A DNA stretch of 64,000 nt from an uncultured Pseudomonadota bacterium (GTDB taxonomy: Bacteria > Pseudomonadota > Alphaproteobacteria > Rs-D84), in NCBI GenBank assembly GCA_902798205.1, contig CADBVV010000003.1, positions 2,927-66,926 on the forward strand. The letters run 5' to 3'. Below, piece by piece: positions 59,890-64,000 of the stretch (position 1 is the stretch's first letter; each line of letters opens with the position of its first letter). The position numbers and the translations under genes are program-made. The notes beneath the pieces are model-generated. The model did no database searches, was not told where the DNA came from, and saw nothing but the letters and a program-made list of their open reading frames with translations.

Positions 59890-60825
59890 CTATTCTTCAA
59901 CAATTTCATAATTAGATTTATCGCTGAATAATTTACGCAATACCAGATTATTCAACGCATGTGAACCCTTGCAAGATTCCAAATGTCCATATATAAATCC
60001 GCTGCTGGTGAACATATCACCAACAGCATCTATGATTTTATGGCGAACAAATTCATCCGGACAATGTAATTTGTTAAGTGTTGCATCACCAGTATCATTT
60101 AAAGCAATTACATTATTTTCATTTGCGCCACGTCCCATACCATGTGCCTTTAACCATTCCCATTCGGAATATTTTCCAAAAGTGCGTGATTTTGAAATAT
60201 CTTTGATAAATTTATTAACAGATTTTTTTGTTCCATCTAACAGACAAGAATAAGATTGTGTCCCAATAATTTTATCTTTGTAAACCAGGGTTGCATCAAT
60301 CAATAACCCATTATCATTTGGCGATAATTTAACATAACCGTTACCCTTGCGCCAAATGGTGTGATTTAAAATTATCGTTTTTAATCTTTTCCAGAAAGGC
60401 ATCGTTTTAACCAATTCATTACGATGTGCAATAACAGTCTTTTTGACTATGATTTTTTTCATTGGTGTTTTTTTATCGATATTATCTTTTAAATCATTTA
60501 TAAATTCAAAAGCACTGCCATCTAAAATTGGTGTTTCTGGTCCATCAATATCAATAACCGCAGAATCAATACCAGAAACAAAAAGCGCAGCCATCAAATG
60601 TTCAATTGTTTGAACATGTGCACCATTTTTATCACCAATTGTGGTATTACGCATAAGTGTTTCGGAAACATTATCAAACTTTGCAGGAATTAAATCGGAA
60701 CCTTTGATATCTGTTCTTTGAAAGAAAATGCCTGGTTTTTTTGACGGTTTAACAACCATGTTTGCCGGCAATCCAGAATGAATTCCAACACCGGATATTT
60801 TAATTTTTTTGTTTACTGATGTCAT
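59890..60825 (-). CDS. lpxC: UDP-3-O-acyl-N-acetylglucosamine deacetylase
   Basis: ISGVGIHSG, TIEHLMAAL and PILDGSAFEF motifs. Confidence 0.93.
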   Translation of the reverse strand: MTSVNKKIKISGVGIHSGLPANMVVKPSKKPGIFFQRTDIKGSDLIPAKFDNVSETLMRNTTIGDKNGAHVQTIEHLMAALFVSGIDSAVIDIDGPETPILDGSAFEFINDLKDNIDKKTPMKKIIVKKTVIAHRNELVKTMPFWKRLKTIILNHTIWRKGNGYVKLSPNDNGLLIDATLVYKDKIIGTQSYSCLLDGTKKSVNKFIKDISKSRTFGKYSEWEWLKAHGMGRGANENNVIALNDTGDATLNKLHCPDEFVRHKIIDAVGDMFTSSGFIYGHLESCKGSHALNNLVLRKLFSDKSNYEIVEE

Positions 60826-61726
60826 CTACCTTTCCTTTTAACCAATCGTAAAAATTACCTTCGATTTTTGTCTGTAACGCAGAAAATCTTATTTGTTTTT
60901 GTGCCCATTCTGGCATACGAACCCAATCTTTTTCTGTTGTTAATAATTTTGCATTTTTTTCATCTGCCAAACTTATCAATTTTTTAATATCATCATCACT
61001 GTATTGGTAATGGTCCGGGAAAGAAATCTTTTCAACAATCTTGCATGGAATGTTATCAAAGAATTTTTCAGGATAACCAATACCTGCAAAAGCAATCACA
61101 GAATCTTTTTCGCCATACGGACAAATTTCACTGTTTTTTGCAAAGAAAATTGGCAGATTCGTTGGCAATGTAAAATCAGGATGAACTTTTTTTCTTTTAA
61201 TAAGAATTATTGCATCTGCACGTGAAATCGCAGATTTTTTTTCACGTAATGGCCCCGCAGGCAACAAGAAACCATTTGCATAACCAATAGATTCATCAAA
61301 CACCAATACAGAAATATCCTTCTTTATCGAAGAATTTTGAAACCCATCATCCATTATAATTGGTGTATTTGATTTTTGTTTATTTAATAAAATCAGATTA
61401 CTTTTTCGATTTCCAACATGAACCAAAATATTATCAGCAGACAACATTTTTGCTTCATCACCCACATCGCCAGTTTGTTTTGTTTTTTTATATCCACGCA
61501 TAACAACAGGCGCATCAAAAAATTTTGCAACATTACGAACAATTGGTGTTTTACCAACACCACCAGACAAAATATTTCCAAAACATATTATTGGGCGGCG
61601 TGATACATATTCATGTTTTTTGCGGATATTAAATACCAATCTGCTGCCCATCATATAAAACAAAGAAAAAGGCAAAAGCGCCACTGATATAAAACCTTTC
61701 TTTAAAAACCATTTTGGTGTTTTCAT
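60800..61726 (-). CDS. lpxK: tetraacyldisaccharide 4'-kinase
   Basis: GNILSGGVGKTPIV P-loop and MDDGFQN motif. Confidence 0.85.
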   Translation of the reverse strand: MKTPKWFLKKGFISVALLPFSLFYMMGSRLVFNIRKKHEYVSRRPIICFGNILSGGVGKTPIVRNVAKFFDAPVVMRGYKKTKQTGDVGDEAKMLSADNILVHVGNRKSNLILLNKQKSNTPIIMDDGFQNSSIKKDISVLVFDESIGYANGFLLPAGPLREKKSAISRADAIILIKRKKVHPDFTLPTNLPIFFAKNSEICPYGEKDSVIAFAGIGYPEKFFDNIPCKIVEKISFPDHYQYSDDDIKKLISLADEKNAKLLTTEKDWVRMPEWAQKQIRFSALQTKIEGNFYDWLKGKVDDISKQKN

Positions 61727-61737
61727 AAATATTCCAT

Positions 61738-62481
61738 TTATTTAATAAAATTTTCAGGTGTTAAATCTTGTTCTACACGAAAATCTGTAAAACGTTTATC
61801 CAAATCATAGGCCTGTTTTACCATAACATCTTCAAGATTTTTACGGATTTTTTCAAAATCTTCTGTGCTGGTTCGTCTGTCGATAAATATAGGTTCACCA
61901 ACAGTTCCTGTCATTATTGAAAACGGCTTCATTAACAAATAACGATCCCATCTGTTTAAAAACCAAGGACGTGAACAAGAATAACAAACCGGTATAATTG
62001 GCGCGCCAGTCATCTTTGCAAAATAAAGCGCCCCATCATGAAAACGCATTGACGGACCATTTGGGCCATCTGGCGACAGCGCCAAACAATATTTTCCACG
62101 ATTAAGAATACTGATACCACGTTTTAAAACATTAACGCCACCGCCATCAGAAGAACCGTAAATTGTTTTAAGTCCGAACAGTTTTTCCATTTTTGCAATC
62201 GCGCGACCATCTTTTTTGGAATCAGCAATCGCATACCCACGCACACGATTCAAAGCGATAACAGGCGATAACATCATTGTTCGACCATGCCAAAAAACAA
62301 AAACCGCAGGCTTTCGCGCATATTTTCTTAATGTCTGCAGACCATTAATTTCCTTTCTGGACGTAAGATAAACAAACCAAATCAGCACATAATAAACAAT
62401 GGCCAAAAACCATTGAATCACGCCCCAACCATAGATAAACCTGAAAAAACGTCTTAAATTTTTTTTAAGTGCTTTTGTCAT
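61738..62481 (-). CDS. DUF374 / lysophospholipid acyltransferase-like protein
   Basis: VFVFWHGRTMMLSP and ALSPDGPNGP patterns. Typical neighbour of lpxK/waaA. Confidence 0.6.
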   Translation of the reverse strand: MTKALKKNLRRFFRFIYGWGVIQWFLAIVYYVLIWFVYLTSRKEINGLQTLRKYARKPAVFVFWHGRTMMLSPVIALNRVRGYAIADSKKDGRAIAKMEKLFGLKTIYGSSDGGGVNVLKRGISILNRGKYCLALSPDGPNGPSMRFHDGALYFAKMTGAPIIPVCYSCSRPWFLNRWDRYLLMKPFSIMTGTVGEPIFIDRRTSTEDFEKIRKNLEDVMVKQAYDLDKRFTDFRVEQDLTPENFIK

Positions 62482-62535
62482 GTAAAAACCTTATGCAAAG
62501 ATTCTAGCAGTAAAAAAATCACAATGCAAGTATAC

Positions 62536-62565
62536 AGAAAAAGGCACCACAACGGTGCCTTTTAT
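62536..62565. terminator. intrinsic terminator closing the tRNA-fMet-linked unit
   Basis: AGGCACC-ACAAC-GGTGCCT hairpin (62542-62560) with A-run/T-run on either side. Confidence 0.7.
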
Positions 62566-62572
62566 AAAATCT

Positions 62573-62682
62573 TGGTTGCGGGAGATGGAATTCGCGAAAA
62601 TCAAATTTTCGCGGCAACTGCGCTCATCAACCTGCAGTTGACCGCCATACTGCCGTCTGGCTTTTGCTTGTTGTGAACCACC
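62573..62682 (-). repeat. split pseudo-copy of the tRNA-fMet T-arm and 3' acceptor strand with an 84-nt GC-rich insert in the T-loop position
   Basis: Minus-strand sense: GGTGGTTCA (62682-62674), insert (62673-62590), TCCATCTCCCGCAACCA (62589-62573). The last segment is 17/17 identical to the tRNA-fMet 3' end including CCA. The insert contains a perfect 9-bp hairpin CGCGAAAAT-TTG-ATTTTCGCG (62593-62613). Confidence 0.65.
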
Positions 62683-62715
62683 TTCCTCGGTGATTCAAAT
62701 CTCAAAATAAATTTA

Positions 62716-62750
62716 AATAAAAAATGCACCTTTTGGGTGCATTTTTCTTT
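62716..62750 (-). terminator. intrinsic terminator after tRNA-fMet
   Basis: Minus sense: AAAAATGCACC-CAAAA-GGTGCATTTTTT. Confidence 0.75.
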
Positions 62751-62755
62751 TAAAC

Positions 62756-62832
<77 letters not shown>

Positions 62833-62845
62833 ATAAAGCAAGGAT

Positions 62846-62873
62846 ATTATATATCTTTAATCCCATGTGTCAA
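62846..62873 (-). promoter_or_regulatory. consensus sigma70 promoter for tRNA-fMet
   Basis: Minus strand: TTGACA, 16 nt, TATAAT. The tRNA 5' end lies 13 nt after the -10. Confidence 0.6.
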
Positions 62874-62890
62874 ATAAAAAACGCATTTTA

Positions 62891-62919
62891 TTGATTTTTT
62901 TGTGAATTTATGATATAAT
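62891..62919 (+). promoter_or_regulatory. sigma70-type promoter upstream of the tail-fibre-like gene
   Basis: TTGATT (62891-96), 17 nt, TATAAT (62914-19). Confidence 0.5.
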
Positions 62920-62959
62920 AAGGGTCAGATTTGGCGGGTATATACCGTCATTTTTTATT

Positions 62960-62989
62960 GCCATCGCAATTATTGCGGTGGCTTTTTTG
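62960..62989 (+). terminator. intrinsic terminator-like hairpin inside the leader of the tail-fibre-like gene
   Basis: GCCATCGCA-ATTAT-TGCGGTGGC (9 bp with one G-U) followed by TTTTTTG, 22 nt upstream of the ATG at 63011. Confidence 0.55.
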
Positions 62990-63010
62990 TTATAACAAAA
63001 AGGATTTTTA

Positions 63011-63952
63011 ATGACAAAACAAACATATATCGGAAATGGTCGAAACAAGAACTTTTATTTCACATTTCCGTTTTTTTCACCAGACGAAGTATTGGTAAAA
63101 ATAAATGACATTGTTGCGGTGGAATACGGCCTTTTTTGTAATCAGGGCGTATCTAACCAAGATTTTCCATTTACCGGTGGACATGTTAAATTTACAAAAC
63201 CACCAAAGCCGACAGATATTATTACTATCGAAAGAAACTTACAATACAACCGCGTTATAGATTACCAAGAAACAGCAAAAATAAACCCAACCACACTTAA
63301 CCAAGATATGAATTATTTCTTTGAATCATTAAAGGATATAAAATCAATTTTAAATGAATTCAATGAAAAATATGCAGAATTCACAGATACAAAATCTGCA
63401 AATGATTTAAAAGAACGCATAAACGCAGTCACCGAACAAATAGACGATTTTGCGGAACAAATTGAAACCATAGGTGACATAACAACAATACAAACGAGTA
63501 TAAACAGCCTTAGTCAATCTGTCAGTGATTTAACATCAACAATCGCCACACACACGACAAACATCGGAACAAACACAAACGACATAGCCACATTAAAAGG
63601 TTATGATTATGTAATCGAAAGCCAAACCCCAACCGCAGAAAACAATTATACATGGTACCGCAAATACAAATCCGGCTGGGTTGAACAAGGGGGGTATGTT
63701 TCACAGGGCGGTGGTGGCATATCAGTAAGTTTACCTGTTAAAATGTCTTCGGTAAATTATCATATTATATTAACCGGAAAACATGATTCAAATACAGCGG
63801 GTTCTACCACAAGTGTATCAACTATGCAAGGTACACATCCTTTACAAACAACAGGATTTTATGTAAATAATTATGTAGAAAATGCTGGTAACCGCGGTAA
63901 CAGTGATGCGTTCTGGTGGACTTGTTTTGGTTTTTATGAAATAACAATATAA
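63011..63952 (+). CDS. phage tail-fibre-like protein
   Basis: The N-terminus YIGNGRNKNFYFTFPFFSPDEVLVKIND resembles T7-type tail-fibre N-domains. Central repeats TNIGTNTNDIATLKG. C-terminal YTWYRKYKSGWVEQGG motif is common in tail-fibre tips. AAGGA RBS. Terminator hairpin at about 63963-63985. Confidence 0.55.
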   Translation: MTKQTYIGNGRNKNFYFTFPFFSPDEVLVKINDIVAVEYGLFCNQGVSNQDFPFTGGHVKFTKPPKPTDIITIERNLQYNRVIDYQETAKINPTTLNQDMNYFFESLKDIKSILNEFNEKYAEFTDTKSANDLKERINAVTEQIDDFAEQIETIGDITTIQTSINSLSQSVSDLTSTIATHTTNIGTNTNDIATLKGYDYVIESQTPTAENNYTWYRKYKSGWVEQGGYVSQGGGGISVSLPVKMSSVNYHIILTGKHDSNTAGSTTSVSTMQGTHPLQTTGFYVNNYVENAGNRGNSDAFWWTCFGFYEITI

Positions 63953-64000
63953 TAATAACTAAAGCCACTATTTTATATAGTGGCTTTGGCTTTAAAACTT

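Noticed and set aside
62590-62640. Hammerhead-ribozyme-like string in the fMet-linked insert (minus sense TGATGAGCGC...GCCGCGAAAA)
   Set aside because: The core would need U instead of the conserved C3, and stem I cannot be formed with the flanks (G-A clash at the second pair). The GAAA is sequestered in a perfect 9-bp hairpin. The Tyr-linked and 18.77-kb elements also lack GATGA.

Overview
AT-rich (about one-third GC by eye, not computed) Gram-negative chromosomal segment. Gene content and synteny suggest an alphaproteobacterium-like, probably host-associated or reduced genome: alpha-type AddB, DUF721/DciA, divergent rsmI and lpoA-like, lolCD, lpxC-lpxK-DUF374, ftsQ-ftsA. This attribution is inference only. 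I call about 64 protein genes and 5 tRNAs: Gly-TCC, Tyr-GTA, Thr-GGT, Met/Ile2-CAT and initiator fMet-CAT. There is no rRNA, CRISPR array, transposase or integrase. Most genes are housekeeping: serS, typA, recA, ruvC, ruvA, secB, yebC, mnmE, xthA, engB, rsmI, uvrB, tsaE, aspS, ung, gyrB, lpxC, lpxK. Accessory or unusual content: (1) a glycosyltransferase-only island of 7 genes between typA and recA; (2) three tandem acyl-CoA-synthetase paralogs with a 96-nt identical tract; (3) an R64/PAPI-type type IVb pilus-like module (PilO/P/Q/R-like) with no pilin, peptidase or adjacent secretin, while a secretin-like lipoprotein gene sits 20 kb away, tightly linked to lolCD; (4) an FtsA-like ORF fused in frame to ribulose-phosphate 3-epimerase; (5) a translationally coupled wHTH plus RusA-like nuclease pair; (6) an HhH-GPD glycosylase-like gene in an operon with ung; (7) an orphan phage tail-fibre-like gene. 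The most unusual non-coding signal lies downstream of both tRNA-Tyr and tRNA-fMet. Each has a pseudo-copy of its own T-arm and 3' acceptor strand, split at the same T-loop position by a 74-84 nt GC-rich structured insert and bracketed by terminators. The inserts share short motifs with a third GC-rich palindrome at 18.77 kb. All functional calls come from reading motifs in the translations. No database search was run.
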